From a bacterium (lineage in GTDB: Bacteria; Oederibacteriota; PGYV01; Palsa-1178): a stretch of DNA of 37,714 bases. The notes under the pieces are model-generated. The model saw nothing but the letters and a program-made list of their open reading frames with translations, had not been told where the DNA came from and searched no databases. Position 1 is the first letter of the stretch, and each line of letters starts with the position of its first letter. Positions 26,766-36,983 of the stretch are shown one piece after another. The stretch covers positions 1 to 37,714 of the forward strand of contig JBAXIL010000015.1 in NCBI GenBank assembly GCA_037138355.1, in the 5' to 3' direction. The translations under genes were made by a program, and so were the position numbers.

Positions 26766-27512
26766 CTACTTTTCATCCTTAATAACTCCAAGCTTATAAT
26801 AATCACTTATCTCTTTATCAATCATTTCATTTGACTGAATCGGATCTTTACGCCAGTTTGCAGGACAAGATGCTAATACTTCCACCATAGAAAATCCAAC
26901 ATTATTTATCTGATTCATCAATGCTTTTTTAAGAGCTTTTTTTGCTTTAATTACTGAAGCAGCGTCTGTTACTTTCACGCGTTCTAAATATTTAACGCCT
27001 TCTAATGGCGCTAATAATTCCGAAACTCGTATAGGATAACCATAACTTTTAACATCTCTTCCCTTAGGAGAAGTAGTTGTTACCTGATTTATTAAAGAAG
27101 TAGGAGCGAGCTGTCCGCCTGTCATACCATAGTTAGTATTATTAATAAATATTACTGTTATATTTTCGCCACGGTTTGCGGTGTGTATAATCTCTGCCAT
27201 ACCTATAGAAGCTAAATCTCCATCTCCCTGATAACAAAAAACCGTCTTATCAGGATGTACTCTTTTTATTGCAGTAGCAACTACTGGAGCCCTTCCATGA
27301 GCAGCTTCAGTCACATCAAAATCCCAGAAATCATAGGCAAAAACAGCACAACCTACAGGAGCAACAGCAATTAAAGTTTCCCTTATTCCGAGCTCATCTA
27401 CTATTTCTGCAATCAGCTTATGTACTGTAGAATGTCCACAGCCCCAGCAATATGTAAAGTTTTTATCAGTAAGCGAGTCAGGTTTTTTATATATTATTTT
27501 TTCGGTTGCCAT
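26766..27512 (-). CDS. 2-oxoacid:ferredoxin oxidoreductase beta (TPP-binding) subunit, VOR-type
   Basis: YCWGCGH, PVGC, HGRA, YQGDGD..NN.NYGMTGGQ, EVLASCPANW. Confidence 0.94.
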   Translation of the reverse strand: MATEKIIYKKPDSLTDKNFTYCWGCGHSTVHKLIAEIVDELGIRETLIAVAPVGCAVFAYDFWDFDVTEAAHGRAPVVATAIKRVHPDKTVFCYQGDGDLASIGMAEIIHTANRGENITVIFINNTNYGMTGGQLAPTSLINQVTTTSPKGRDVKSYGYPIRVSELLAPLEGVKYLERVKVTDAASVIKAKKALKKALMNQINNVGFSMVEVLASCPANWRKDPIQSNEMIDKEISDYYKLGVIKDEK

Positions 27513-27513
27513 A

Positions 27514-28584
27514 TTATTTGACCTTTCCTTTTATGAAATCATAAAGCTCCTCAGCAGTTGGAACGCCGCCGCCTGATCTTCCATAAAATTCTATTTTTGA
27601 TGAATCTTCTACAGCGAGCTTTACATCCTCCACCATTTGACCAAGATTCATTTCAAACACAAAAATCTTTTTTACTTTTTTTGCTACTTCTTTTAATTCT
27701 GCATAAGGGTAAGGCCAAACTGTGATAGGCCTAAAAAGCCCTACATTTAATCCCTTTGCCTTTGCTATATTTATTGTACCTTTTGAAATTCTTCCAACTG
27801 TTCCAAAAGCAACTATCAAATAATCTGGATTACTTTCCATGTTGGTAAGTTCAAAACGCTTTTCTGTTTTTGTAATAAGATCATATTTTGCTTTAAGTTT
27901 CAAATTATGTTTTTCAAGAACTCCAGGCTGCATTAACAAAGAAAGAATTCTCTGTCCAGGACGCCCCTTCGCTCCTGTTAAAGCCCATGGTTTAGGAGTG
28001 TTTAGATATAAAGGTTTCCTACTTCTGTTTATTTCTACATTTTCCATAATCTGTCCGAGAAGCCCATCTGTAAGTATCATAACAGGATTTCTATACTTGT
28101 CGGCAAGATCAAAAGCGTCAAAAGTAAAATCATACATTTCCTGAAGATTGCTTGGTGCAAATGTTATCATATGATAATCGCCGTGACCAGGTTTGACTGA
28201 CTGAAAATAATCGCTTTGCGATGGCTGTATATTTCCAAGCCCAGGACCGCCGCGCATTACATTTACCAAAACTGCTGGAAGTTCACAACCTGCCATATAA
28301 GAAATACCTTCTTGCATAAGTGATATACCTGGGGAAGAAGAAGTAGTCATAGCCCTGGCGCCTGCTGCGGCTGCACCAAAAACCATATTTACAGATATGA
28401 GTTCACTTTCTGCTTGTATAAAGGTGCCTCCAACTTCAGGCATTCTACTTGACATAAGTTCAGGAATTTCATTTTGAGGTGTGATTGGATAACCCGCATA
28501 AAATCTACAGCCAGCATCAAGTGCGGCTTCTACTATTGCATGGTTTCCTTTTACAAGTATTTTATTAGTTTTATTTGGGCTCAT
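27514..28584 (-). CDS. vorB: 2-oxoacid:ferredoxin oxidoreductase alpha subunit, VOR (2-oxoisovalerate) type
   Basis: KGNHAI, YAGYPITPQNE, QAESE, TTSSSPGISLMQE, RGGPGLGNIQPSQSDY, EMNLGQM. Substrate specificity is inferred. Confidence 0.9.
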   Translation of the reverse strand: MSPNKTNKILVKGNHAIVEAALDAGCRFYAGYPITPQNEIPELMSSRMPEVGGTFIQAESELISVNMVFGAAAAGARAMTTSSSPGISLMQEGISYMAGCELPAVLVNVMRGGPGLGNIQPSQSDYFQSVKPGHGDYHMITFAPSNLQEMYDFTFDAFDLADKYRNPVMILTDGLLGQIMENVEINRSRKPLYLNTPKPWALTGAKGRPGQRILSLLMQPGVLEKHNLKLKAKYDLITKTEKRFELTNMESNPDYLIVAFGTVGRISKGTINIAKAKGLNVGLFRPITVWPYPYAELKEVAKKVKKIFVFEMNLGQMVEDVKLAVEDSSKIEFYGRSGGGVPTAEELYDFIKGKVK

Positions 28585-28811
28585 TTTATCTCCGTCTCTA
28601 TTATTTCTATAACCGTTATGGCGGCATCAGGACAAACTATGGCACATAATGTACAGGCATTGCATCTGCCTTCATTACAAAACTCCACCACATTGTAACC
28701 AGTTTTATTCATTTTTATACTTTCCCTTATCTCCACTTGTTTGCAAGCAGGAATGCATAAAAGACAACCTTTGCACCTGTCAGAATCAATTATTATGCGT
28801 CCTTTTCTCAT
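28581..28811 (-). CDS. 2[4Fe-4S] ferredoxin (oxidoreductase delta subunit)
   Basis: CKGCLLCIPAC and CNACTLCAIVCP motifs; overlaps the alpha-subunit start. Confidence 0.93.
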   Translation of the reverse strand: MRKGRIIIDSDRCKGCLLCIPACKQVEIRESIKMNKTGYNVVEFCNEGRCNACTLCAIVCPDAAITVIEIIETEIK

Positions 28812-28914
28812 ACAACTCCGTTTCTAAATGCCTTTTTGGCATAGAAATATATAATAAAATAACAACAATTCAGCCCAAGACAACTTTAACGTTTTTTACA
28901 AGGCGAATATCAAT

Positions 28915-28943
28915 ATTATATGATATATTATGAGATTTTACAA
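28915..28943 (-). promoter_or_regulatory. Putative sigma70 promoter of the oxidoreductase operon
   Basis: TTGTAA-N17-TATAAT on the minus strand, about 100 bp upstream of the ferredoxin ATG. Confidence 0.55.
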
Positions 28944-29012
28944 GGGAGAATTAAGCCACTTAGGGCTTCTTAAAACGAACATTTTACACTTATTTATGGG
29001 GTTTTACTGCTT

Positions 29013-29492
29013 TTATTCTTTCCATTTGATTTTCATATAGCCCAATGGCTTTTTGAAACTCTTTTTCCACTCATTTACTATTTCTTTTTTAATATTTGGG
29101 TAAAAAATTAATTTTTTGAATGCTTTTTTTGAAACAAAACTCGCATTAGCTAAAACTCCATCTGGATTAACCTTCATGACACTGCTTTTTTTTGCATTTA
29201 CTGCAAAGTATAAATTAACTATGTGTCTTTTATTATTTGGATAAAGGGTGTCATGGACTAAAAACAAATCTCCCACTGAATCAATTTTCAGCGACAGCTC
29301 TTCCATAAACTCCCTACTCAATGCTTCGTGAAAGCTCTCGCCATGTTCTACTCCACCGCCTGGCAAAAGCCAATATGACTTGCCATTCTTCTGATGATTT
29401 ACCAAAAGTAATTCGTTTTTTTCATTAAGCAATATGCCTGCAACTCTAATTCTGATATTTTTAGCTTCGACCTTCAATATTCCTCCAAACAC
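29013..29492 (-). CDS. NUDIX hydrolase
   Basis: RIRVAGIL, WLLPGGGVEHGESFHEALSREFMEEL Nudix box. The true start may be TTG at 29477, after GGAGG. Confidence 0.9.
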   Translation of the reverse strand: MFGGILKVEAKNIRIRVAGILLNEKNELLLVNHQKNGKSYWLLPGGGVEHGESFHEALSREFMEELSLKIDSVGDLFLVHDTLYPNNKRHIVNLYFAVNAKKSSVMKVNPDGVLANASFVSKKAFKKLIFYPNIKKEIVNEWKKSFKKPLGYMKIKWKE

Positions 29493-29502
29493 TTATATTA
29501 TT

Positions 29503-30537
29503 TTAAAAAAGGTCTTCTTGATTCTTTTTAAGATTCTTAATTTTAAAATACTCATAGGCCTTATCCGTTACTTTTCTGCCCGAAGGTGTGCGTTGTATAA
29601 AACCTGTCTGTATCAAAAATGGTTCATACACATCTTCTATGGTATCTGGTTCCTCGGAGACTGCGGTCGCTATAGTATCTATACCCACAGGTCCTCCGTT
29701 AAACTTTTCTATTATAGTGGTAATTATTTTTTTATCCATATTATCCAAACCAAGCTCATCTACTTCTAACATGGTCAGGGCTTCTATCGCACTATTTTTA
29801 TCAATACTACCATTGCCTTTTACTTGAGCAAAATCACGCACGCGCTTTAATAATCTATTAGCAATTCTCGGAGTCCCACGGGAACGCCTGGCAATTTCAT
29901 TTATGCCGCCCGCATCTGCTTTTACTCCAAGTATTTTAGCAGAACGAGTTAGAATTTCTATTAAGTCCTTCACTTCATAAAAATCTACTCTGTAGGTAGC
30001 ACCAAACCTATCTCTCAATGGTGCAGCAATCATACCAATACGAGTAGTAGCACCTATAAGAGTAAATTTTGGAAGATCTATTCTAAAAGTTTTTGCTGAA
30101 GGTCCTTTTCCTATAACTATATCCAACGCATAATCTTCCAAAGCAGGATACATTATTTCTTCTACTGCTCTGTTTAAGCGATGTATTTCATCTATAAATA
30201 ATATGTCGTTTTCTTCAAGATTTGTAATTATAGCGGCTAAATCTCCTGCCTTTTCTATGACAGGTCCAGCCGTAACCTTGATATTTACACCCATTTCATT
30301 GGCTATTATGTTGGCAAGTGTGGTTTTCCCTAAACCAGGTGGGCCATAAAACAATATGTGTTCTGGGGCTTCTTTTCTCTGTTTTGCCGCATCTATTAAA
30401 ATTTTTAGTTTTTGTTTTACTTTATCCTGTCCTATATAATCCGAAAGAAGTTTTGGACGAAGAGTTTTTTCTTCTATAAAATCAGGTCTCATAAAAATCG
30501 GATTTACAACGCGCTCTTTTTTATTTTTGTCTTCCAT
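29503..30537 (-). CDS. ruvB: Holliday junction branch migration helicase RuvB
   Basis: [57 protein letters not shown]. Confidence 0.98.
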   Translation of the reverse strand: MEDKNKKERVVNPIFMRPDFIEEKTLRPKLLSDYIGQDKVKQKLKILIDAAKQRKEAPEHILFYGPPGLGKTTLANIIANEMGVNIKVTAGPVIEKAGDLAAIITNLEENDILFIDEIHRLNRAVEEIMYPALEDYALDIVIGKGPSAKTFRIDLPKFTLIGATTRIGMIAAPLRDRFGATYRVDFYEVKDLIEILTRSAKILGVKADAGGINEIARRSRGTPRIANRLLKRVRDFAQVKGNGSIDKNSAIEALTMLEVDELGLDNMDKKIITTIIEKFNGGPVGIDTIATAVSEEPDTIEDVYEPFLIQTGFIQRTPSGRKVTDKAYEYFKIKNLKKNQEDLF

Positions 30538-30538
30538 A

Positions 30539-31117
30539 TTATCTACCCAACCTTTTTAAAGCTTCCTTTAAAATATCTTGCGTTCCTGAATTTTCTTTTA
30601 CCGCTATCATAGCCTGCCTTAATGCTTCTCTGGCTTTTTGATAATTAAAGCCCAGTGCTAATAAGGCCTGCAAATACTCTTCATCTGGCGTGAACTCATC
30701 TTGTTCAGTGGCATATATTTTAAACTTGCTTTTAAGCTCAAGAATCATACGCTGTGCTTTTTTTGGACCTAAGCCAGGGACTCTGGTCAGTACCGCTTCA
30801 TTACCTGTGGCAATAGCTTTTCTCAAAGCATCTGGATTTATACTTGATAATATATTTATTCCCGCTTTTGGACCTATGCCTTCAACACTGATTAAAGCAA
30901 GAAATATTTCTTTTTCTTCTCTACTTGAAAAACCATATAAGGCCACCCCATTATCCGACACGCTCAAATAAGTATATACTCTTGCAATTCCATTTTGTTT
31001 TCGCAAATGGTCAGAAGCCGCCGCAGTAACAGCAAGTCCATAACCTGTGCCATTAACATTTAGCAAAAGATATTTATCTGTAAGCTCCTCTATGGTGCCT
31101 TCAAGAAAATCAATCAT
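30539..31117 (-). CDS. ruvA: Holliday junction DNA-binding protein RuvA
   Basis: MIDFLEG, VNGTGY, LYGF, two HhH motifs ([18 protein letters not shown]), ALLALGF. Confidence 0.97.
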   Translation of the reverse strand: MIDFLEGTIEELTDKYLLLNVNGTGYGLAVTAAASDHLRKQNGIARVYTYLSVSDNGVALYGFSSREEKEIFLALISVEGIGPKAGINILSSINPDALRKAIATGNEAVLTRVPGLGPKKAQRMILELKSKFKIYATEQDEFTPDEEYLQALLALGFNYQKAREALRQAMIAVKENSGTQDILKEALKRLGR

Positions 31118-31629
31118 AGTTTTGAAACTCCTTTTATTTGTTTTTCTCTTATTGCCTGCATTTTGTAATTACTTGCACAACACACTGCGATAGCCAAAGC
31201 GTCTGCCACATCATCAGGTTTTGGACTTTCTTTCATTCCTAATATGGCCTTTGTCATTTGCATTACCTGATTTTTATCAGCCATGCCATAACCCGTGAGA
31301 GCCATTTTAACTTCCATAGGTGAATATTCGCGTATTTGTACGCCAGCAAGTTGAGCACTTAAGAGTATTACTCCGCGAGCTTCGCCTACTGACATAGCGG
31401 TCTTTACATTTTTGCTAAAAAATAATTTTTCTACAGCCACAATATCTGGCTTATGTTTTTTTATGGTGCGAGTGACTTCCAAAAAGACAACTTCAAGCCT
31501 TTCTGAATGCGGTCTTTCTTTATCGCTTTCAATTAGTCCATAGGAAATTGCTCTTAAATTATTACCTTTTTTTTCAATAATTCCAAGTCCACACCTTGCG
31601 GTCCCTGGGTCAATTCCCAATATAATCAA
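31114..31629 (-). CDS. ruvC: Crossover junction endodeoxyribonuclease RuvC
   Basis: ILGIDPG, VAVEKLFF, GEARGV, EYSP..VK..TGYG.ADK.QV, PDDVADALA. Confidence 0.97.
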   Translation of the reverse strand: MIILGIDPGTARCGLGIIEKKGNNLRAISYGLIESDKERPHSERLEVVFLEVTRTIKKHKPDIVAVEKLFFSKNVKTAMSVGEARGVILLSAQLAGVQIREYSPMEVKMALTGYGMADKNQVMQMTKAILGMKESPKPDDVADALAIAVCCASNYKMQAIREKQIKGVSKL

Positions 31630-31664
31630 AAAAGCACCTCTGCTTTTCTATATTTAATAAATAT

Positions 31665-31693
31665 AGTATATCATTTACTGTTATTGATTTCAA
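31665..31693 (-). promoter_or_regulatory. Putative sigma70 promoter of ruvCAB
   Basis: TTGAAA-N17-TATACT with a TGn extended -10, 35 bp upstream of ruvC. Confidence 0.6.
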
Positions 31694-31750
31694 AGGTAGT
31701 TTTGCTTAAATACAGCTTCATTGTGTGATTTTGATTATTTGAATTGGGGA

Positions 31751-32872
31751 TTAGTATTTATAAACTCTTTTTACTCTATCAGTAATTCCGGTAAGTATTT
31801 CATAAGATATTGTTCCTGCCGCACTTGCCATATCTTCCACAGCTATTTTATTTTTATTGTCTTTACCAAATATCAAAACTTCATCGCCTATCTTTACTTT
31901 GCCTGTCGGTTTCACGACTATCAAATCCATACACACTCTTCCTATTACTGGCGCTTTTTTGCCATTAATCATAACATGCCATTTATTAGAAAGTTCCCTG
32001 CGGAAACCATCACCATAACCTATGCTGACTACTGCGACGCTTTCTTTTTGAGTTGCCTTATACAAACCCGCATAGCTTACGCCTTCACCGCGTTCAAGAA
32101 TTAAAGTATTGATAACCCTGCTCTTTAAAGTCATGACAGGTTTTAGTTTTAAAAGCTTATTCATTTTTTTATCAGCAAATGAGCCATACAAAGCAATACC
32201 AGGTCTTACTGCATCAAATAAAGCAAAATTATACTTGGCTATAGCAGCAGAGTTTGCAGCATGAAAAAATATGCCAGCAGGAGCAGCGGCTTTTACAGCA
32301 GAAAACCTTTTTACCTGTTTGCTGGTGAATGTATCATTTGCCGTATCAGCACATGCAAAGTGCGTATAAACAGATCTTAAAGAAATATTTTTTAAGGTAG
32401 TTATGAACTTAATGAAGGTTTGTGCTTCTTCTGGTTTTATTCCCAAACGATTCATGCCAGTATTTATTTTCAAATGTACTGGTATTATTTTGCCTGCGAG
32501 TTGTGCCTTAGAGTTAAGATATTGAAGTTCGTTTTTTGAAAATACTGATGGTTCAAGAGAATATTTTATTATATCTGCTGTTTCGCCCTTAAAGAAACCG
32601 CCCAACACTATTAGAGAGGCATTTTTTATGCCTGCCTGCCTGATATGGACTCCTTCAGAAACACGAGCGACTCCAAAATTATTTACTTCAAGCTTAGTGG
32701 ATAGAAATTTGCAGAACTCAATAGCGCCATGACCATAGGCATTTGCTTTTATCACTGGTATTATCTCGCTCTTAAGAGTTTTTTTCTTAAGTTGCATAAA
32801 ATTATGACGCAAGGCCGCCATGTCTATCTCAGCCCAAACCATAAGACCTGATTTATTAAATGGAACTACCAT
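31751..32872 (-). CDS. alr: Alanine racemase
   Basis: WAEID, PVIKANAYGHG (PLP Lys), HLKINTGMNRLG, YTHF, HAANS, VRPGIALYG, GYGDG, GRVCMD, TISYE. Start placed at ATG 32872 (GAGG RBS, overlapping the dnaB stop). Confidence 0.96.
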   Translation of the reverse strand: MVVPFNKSGLMVWAEIDMAALRHNFMQLKKKTLKSEIIPVIKANAYGHGAIEFCKFLSTKLEVNNFGVARVSEGVHIRQAGIKNASLIVLGGFFKGETADIIKYSLEPSVFSKNELQYLNSKAQLAGKIIPVHLKINTGMNRLGIKPEEAQTFIKFITTLKNISLRSVYTHFACADTANDTFTSKQVKRFSAVKAAAPAGIFFHAANSAAIAKYNFALFDAVRPGIALYGSFADKKMNKLLKLKPVMTLKSRVINTLILERGEGVSYAGLYKATQKESVAVVSIGYGDGFRRELSNKWHVMINGKKAPVIGRVCMDLIVVKPTGKVKIGDEVLIFGKDNKNKIAVEDMASAAGTISYEILTGITDRVKRVYKY

Positions 32873-34316
32873 AACCGGCCTCGTCGGAATCCTGTGCCGA
32901 CATTTCCTGGAATAATGTAAGTTCAGGTACAAACCATACACCCTGTTCTGTTATTGGGCCGTTCCTGTTTTTTGAAATGATAAGCTTGCACCTCATAACC
33001 TGCCTGCTTACAGTTTCGCCAGAATCATAAGTTTCCGTAGTTGAGGCTAAGTCCTTACCATCTTTATGTATAAAAATTACAAGGTCAGCATCTTGTTCTA
33101 TAGCACCTGATTCTCTCAAATCAGATAATCTTGGAGGGGATGTTTTATCAGGCGATTTTTCTCTTTTTTCTACTTCGCGATTTAGCTGCGAAAGTGCAAT
33201 AACTGGAAGCTTTAATTCCATAGCCATAGTTTTAAAACCTCTGGATATCTGTGATATCTGTTGTTCGCGTTGTAAAGTATCATTTGGCTTTACTAACTGC
33301 ATATAATCTATGATTACAAGGTCAAGCTTTTTGCCATTCTTTTTTAGGTCGCTCATTTTTGCTCTTGTCTTCGCGCGCATTTCAAAAACATTGTTATCAG
33401 CGGTATCTATAAATATATTTGTCTCTGACAATTCGCCTGCTGCGTGCATAAGTTGTGCTTTATCTTTAGAATCTATGCGACCCATTCTGATTTTTTGTAG
33501 AGGTACTCTCGAACCCACGGCAAGCATTCTCCGTATTAAATCGTCCGAACTCATTTCAAAAGAAAAGATAAGTATATTCTTTTGATATTTGACAGCCAAG
33601 CTATGTGCGATATTTATAGCAAGAGATGTTTTTCCTATACCAGGTCTTGCGGCTATGATTACCAGCTGTCCTTCTTTAAGTCCCGTTGTACAATCATCTA
33701 TTTTTTGAAAGCCAGTTTGTAAGCCATCTATGGCATCTGGATTTTTTGCTCTTTCTGTTATTTTTTCAAAAACCATTCCGACTTTATCACTCACTTCGTC
33801 AAATGATTCTGTCTGAGTGCGTTGTGAAATTTTGAAAAGCATTTCGTCAGCACTTTGTATTATTTCTGTAGTGGTAATTTCTTCCCTATACGAGGCTTCT
33901 ACTATGCTGGTTGACAAATCAATCATATTACGGAGCATTGATTTATTACGGACTATCTCAGCATATTCAGCAGCATGAGCGTATGTTGGAACAGAATCAG
34001 CGAGCGAGGAGACATAAGATACGCCTCCGACCTGCTCTAAAAGGCCTTTTGTAGCGAGACTTTCTGTAACTGTGAGTGAATCTATGGAACGACTTTGTGA
34101 GTTGAGTTCTTTCATAGAATCAAATATTATAGAATGTCTTGGCTCATAAAAATCAGGAGAATTAACAATAGCAAGCACCTCATCAAAAATATCATGTTTT
34201 AATAATACGCTACCTAAAAGGCACTGCTCCGCTTCTATGTTATTTGGCGGGACTTTGCCTTTATTTTCATTTCTGTATGCTTCCAACTTGTTTGCCTGAG
34301 GTTTTCTTCCAGCCAT
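32856..34316 (-). CDS. dnaB: Replicative DNA helicase
   Basis: PPNNIEAEQ, AARPGIGKT, FSFEM, IDYMQL, ALSQLNR, PRLSDLRESGAIEQDAD, KNRNGP; no intein. Confidence 0.98.
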   Translation of the reverse strand: MAGRKPQANKLEAYRNENKGKVPPNNIEAEQCLLGSVLLKHDIFDEVLAIVNSPDFYEPRHSIIFDSMKELNSQSRSIDSLTVTESLATKGLLEQVGGVSYVSSLADSVPTYAHAAEYAEIVRNKSMLRNMIDLSTSIVEASYREEITTTEIIQSADEMLFKISQRTQTESFDEVSDKVGMVFEKITERAKNPDAIDGLQTGFQKIDDCTTGLKEGQLVIIAARPGIGKTSLAINIAHSLAVKYQKNILIFSFEMSSDDLIRRMLAVGSRVPLQKIRMGRIDSKDKAQLMHAAGELSETNIFIDTADNNVFEMRAKTRAKMSDLKKNGKKLDLVIIDYMQLVKPNDTLQREQQISQISRGFKTMAMELKLPVIALSQLNREVEKREKSPDKTSPPRLSDLRESGAIEQDADLVIFIHKDGKDLASTTETYDSGETVSRQVMRCKLIISKNRNGPITEQGVWFVPELTLFQEMSAQDSDEAGYGSSI

Positions 34317-34762
34317 TATTTTTCCTTAATTACATTTATTTTTATAGTTGCTATTATTTCGTATTTGAATTTCAGTTTAACATCTTTTCTTCCCAGTTTT
34401 TTAATATGCTCCTCTAAAACCACATCGTGCTTATCTACTTTAAATCCCAAAAGGACAAGTGCGTCTGCGATTTCTGCTTCAGATACAGAACCAAATAACT
34501 TTTCATCATCATGTGCTTTTTTCTTTATGGTTAGCTCTACTTCGGCAAGCTTTACTGCTTGACCTTTTAAAAAAACTTCTTCATCACTTACTTTATCTTT
34601 TTTGCGTTCAAGTTTTGCCTGCAATTCTTTTATCACAGCAGGAGTAGCTATCACGGCTTTATTAGATGGGAAAAGAAAGTTTCTCGCATATCCTTCAGAC
34701 ACATTTATGACCTGTCCTGCCCTGCCTACTGCTTTTACATCTACCTTGAGCATTACTTCCAT
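34316..34762 (-). CDS. rplI: 50S ribosomal protein L9
   Basis: MEVML..DV..VG..G..V..GYARNFLFP, KLFGSV, IKKLG. Confidence 0.97.
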   Translation of the reverse strand: MEVMLKVDVKAVGRAGQVINVSEGYARNFLFPSNKAVIATPAVIKELQAKLERKKDKVSDEEVFLKGQAVKLAEVELTIKKKAHDDEKLFGSVSEAEIADALVLLGFKVDKHDVVLEEHIKKLGRKDVKLKFKYEIIATIKINVIKEK

Positions 34763-35517
34763 GGCTTGCCCCCTTTTTCTATTTTCCTAAAATTAAACCA
34801 AGTATCCATAACACCCACAAGCACAACTAAAATAGTCAGATACATAAAGAAAATAACTCCCATATATGCTAACACTCGAAGCAAAAAAGGCAATTTAAAT
34901 TTCTTTAACATAAAAGAAAGTATTCCCATTCCTATAAAAAAGTAAATATTTGATAGAACAAAGACAATATTTAGTGCCGCGTAATATATCCACACCTGAG
35001 GAATATATTGCTTAAGAAGTATAACTGGAAGAGCGACTATAATCAACCATATAACACTTTCATTTAGGTACCAAAGCTCGAATGTTTTCAATTCACTTTT
35101 TATTCCATACTTACGAAAAACAAAAAGTCTCACAACAAGATAATTAAGGAAGACCAAAAACAGAGTGCTTATAAAAGCCCAAGCAGGAAATGTTTTGATT
35201 ACAAATAAATCATAGTTCGTTCTTAAGGCCTGTATTTCCTGCTCTGAAAGCCCGCTTTTCTTCTGTTGTGCAACTATTACATCCAGATTATTATTTAGTT
35301 CTGCGACTACATACTGCGTAACATTCTGTCCCGAGGACTGCTTGGCTAAGAAAAAAAATCCAAAAAAAATAACCGCGAAGTATATCACTCCTGCGGTTAT
35401 TATTAGGTACCATTTAGTGTTTCTTCTGATAAGTTGTACTATGATAAGATCAAGTACACCAAAAAAAATCAGAAGAACTGCAAAAGAAATTATTAAATCC
35501 CATATATTTACCGGCAT
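34753..35517 (-). CDS. DUF2232 (YybS-like) membrane protein
   Basis: Multiple TMs, C-terminal GVMDTWFNFRK signature, conserved position between rpsR and rplI. Confidence 0.85.
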   Translation of the reverse strand: MPVNIWDLIISFAVLLIFFGVLDLIIVQLIRRNTKWYLIITAGVIYFAVIFFGFFFLAKQSSGQNVTQYVVAELNNNLDVIVAQQKKSGLSEQEIQALRTNYDLFVIKTFPAWAFISTLFLVFLNYLVVRLFVFRKYGIKSELKTFELWYLNESVIWLIIVALPVILLKQYIPQVWIYYAALNIVFVLSNIYFFIGMGILSFMLKKFKLPFLLRVLAYMGVIFFMYLTILVVLVGVMDTWFNFRKIEKGGKPWK

Positions 35518-35553
35518 TTTTTGCCTTCTTATTAGTTATTTAAAAAAAGAAAA

Positions 35554-35859
35554 CTATTCCGCAGTAAAAGGCAGTATAGCCGCTTCTCTGGCTTTTCTGA
35601 TTGTTCTTGTAACCATACGCTGATGTTTTGCGCAATTACCAGTTACTCTTCTCGGAATCATTTTACTTCTCTCCGTCAAAAAGTTCTTCAAATAATCTTC
35701 ATCCTTAAAGTCAAGGGCTTTGATTCTATTGACGCACATTTTACATCTTTTTTTCTTTATTCTTTTGAAGCCAAAGCCTTTGCTTCTGCCTTCGCCTCCG
35801 CCTGCACTTCTTTGTCCACCATGGCTTCCATGACTACTGCTACCACTACGCTTTTCCAT
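35554..35859 (-). CDS. rpsR: 30S ribosomal protein S18 (Zn-motif form, Gly/Ser-rich N-terminal extension)
   Basis: KKRCKMC..LDFKD..FLTERSKMIPRRVTGNCAKHQR..IRKAR..ILPF. Confidence 0.97.
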   Translation of the reverse strand: MEKRSGSSSHGSHGGQRSAGGGEGRSKGFGFKRIKKKRCKMCVNRIKALDFKDEDYLKNFLTERSKMIPRRVTGNCAKHQRMVTRTIRKAREAAILPFTAE

Positions 35860-35873
35860 TAAGTATTTCCTCC

Positions 35874-36284
35874 TTAAAATGGCTGTTCGTCAGCCGGCGG
35901 CGTAACACCTGAGGACTCTTCCGAGTGCTCCTGTGACGCTTCGCCTTCTTTTTTCTTTTTATCGAGAAACTGAACTTTATCAGCTATTACTTCGAGAATA
36001 TTTTTCTTTTCTATTGCTTCTGCATCAATTACTCTGTATTGCAATCTACCTTCAATAAATACCGATGAACCTTTTTTCAAATATGTGAAGCAGGACTCTG
36101 CCTGCTGACCCCATACTACTACTGTTACAAAACACACTTCGTCTTTCTTTTCGCCTGACTGTGTCATATATGTTCTATTTATGGCTAACCTTAAATTAGT
36201 AATTGGCTGACCATTTTTTGCGTATTTAATCTCCAGATCTCTGGTGAGATTACCCATAAGCAAAACTTTATTTAGATTTGGCAT
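35874..36284 (-). CDS. ssb: Single-stranded DNA-binding protein
   Basis: NKVLLMGNLTRD, LAINR, VVWGQQAE, LKKGSSVFIEGRL, short acidic tail ending DEQPF. Confidence 0.96.
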   Translation of the reverse strand: MPNLNKVLLMGNLTRDLEIKYAKNGQPITNLRLAINRTYMTQSGEKKDEVCFVTVVVWGQQAESCFTYLKKGSSVFIEGRLQYRVIDAEAIEKKNILEVIADKVQFLDKKKKEGEASQEHSEESSGVTPPADEQPF

Positions 36285-36311
36285 GACTTGTCCTAACTCC
36301 TATATATTGAC

Positions 36312-36707
36312 TTAAGCCTGTGTATCTTTTGGGGATGCTTCAGTCGCTGGCGCTGGTGCTACTGGCGCTGTTACAGGAACTACTTTTCTTTTTTTAATCT
36401 TTTCAGGAAATTTTAAAGTCATTGATGCATTAGCTACTGTTAACCTGTTAATGCCTTCAATCAGCCTGATTCTATCCTTGATAGTGTTGATTACTGCGGA
36501 ATCAGCCGTAAACTTAAAATAACAATGAAAACCTTCTCTTGTCTTTTTTACAAGGAAAGGAAGTCTTTTCTTTTCTACTTTCTTCTCTTCAAGCAGTTCG
36601 CCCTTACCCTCTGAAATATAGGTCTTTATCTTTGTCGTGATAGCCGTTGTCTCTGCCTCAGATAAAGTGGGTTTCAAAAAAATAATCGCCTCATACGTTT
36701 TTACCAT
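36312..36707 (-). CDS. rpsF: 30S ribosomal protein S6
   Basis: YEAIIFLKP, KKRLPFLVKK.REG, first gene of rpsF-ssb-rpsR; AAGGAG RBS; Pro/Ala-rich C-terminal tail. Confidence 0.92.
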   Translation of the reverse strand: MVKTYEAIIFLKPTLSEAETTAITTKIKTYISEGKGELLEEKKVEKKRLPFLVKKTREGFHCYFKFTADSAVINTIKDRIRLIEGINRLTVANASMTLKFPEKIKKRKVVPVTAPVAPAPATEASPKDTQA

Positions 36708-36796
36708 AATTCAAAATCTCCTTTCAATTCTTAGCCTTTTTTAAACAACCATAGGGACAATAAAATCCCTACCTGCAAGAATAGCAGTGAGCAAAT

Positions 36797-36825
36797 AAAA
36801 TATCATAAATAGGGGTATTATGCAA
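36797..36825 (-). promoter_or_regulatory. Putative promoter of the rpsF operon
   Basis: TTGCAT-N17-TATTTT with a TGn extension, giving an ~85-nt leader with two hairpins. Confidence 0.45.
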
Positions 36826-36924
36826 GTATAATTTTATAAAAAACGCCTCCCCCACCTATATGTTTTTCTCACTAAAGTAGCTCTTTTCAATGCTTTTTAT
36901 TGCATATATATAATGGTATAAAAC

Positions 36925-36959
36925 AAAAAAGTCCGGCTTTAAAGCACCGGACTTTTTTT
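36925..36959 (-). terminator. Intrinsic terminator after the FGE-domain gene (symmetric, could act on both strands)
   Basis: A6-GTCCGG-ctttaaagca-CCGGAC-T7, about 25 bp past the stop codon. Confidence 0.85.
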
Positions 36960-36983
36960 ATTTTAATTCAATTTAAAAAATTA

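Noticed and set aside
27440..27455. YCWGCGH in place of the usual YCPGCGH in the oxidoreductase beta subunit
   Set aside because: A single substitution with the Cys ligands intact; not enough to claim altered function.
31630..31750. LexA/SOS box upstream of ruvCAB
   Set aside because: I found neither CTGT-N8-ACAG nor GAAC-N4-GTTC. A lineage-specific box cannot be excluded.
32856..34316. Intein in DnaB
   Set aside because: The length is normal (486 aa), the helicase motifs are contiguous and there are no splicing motifs.
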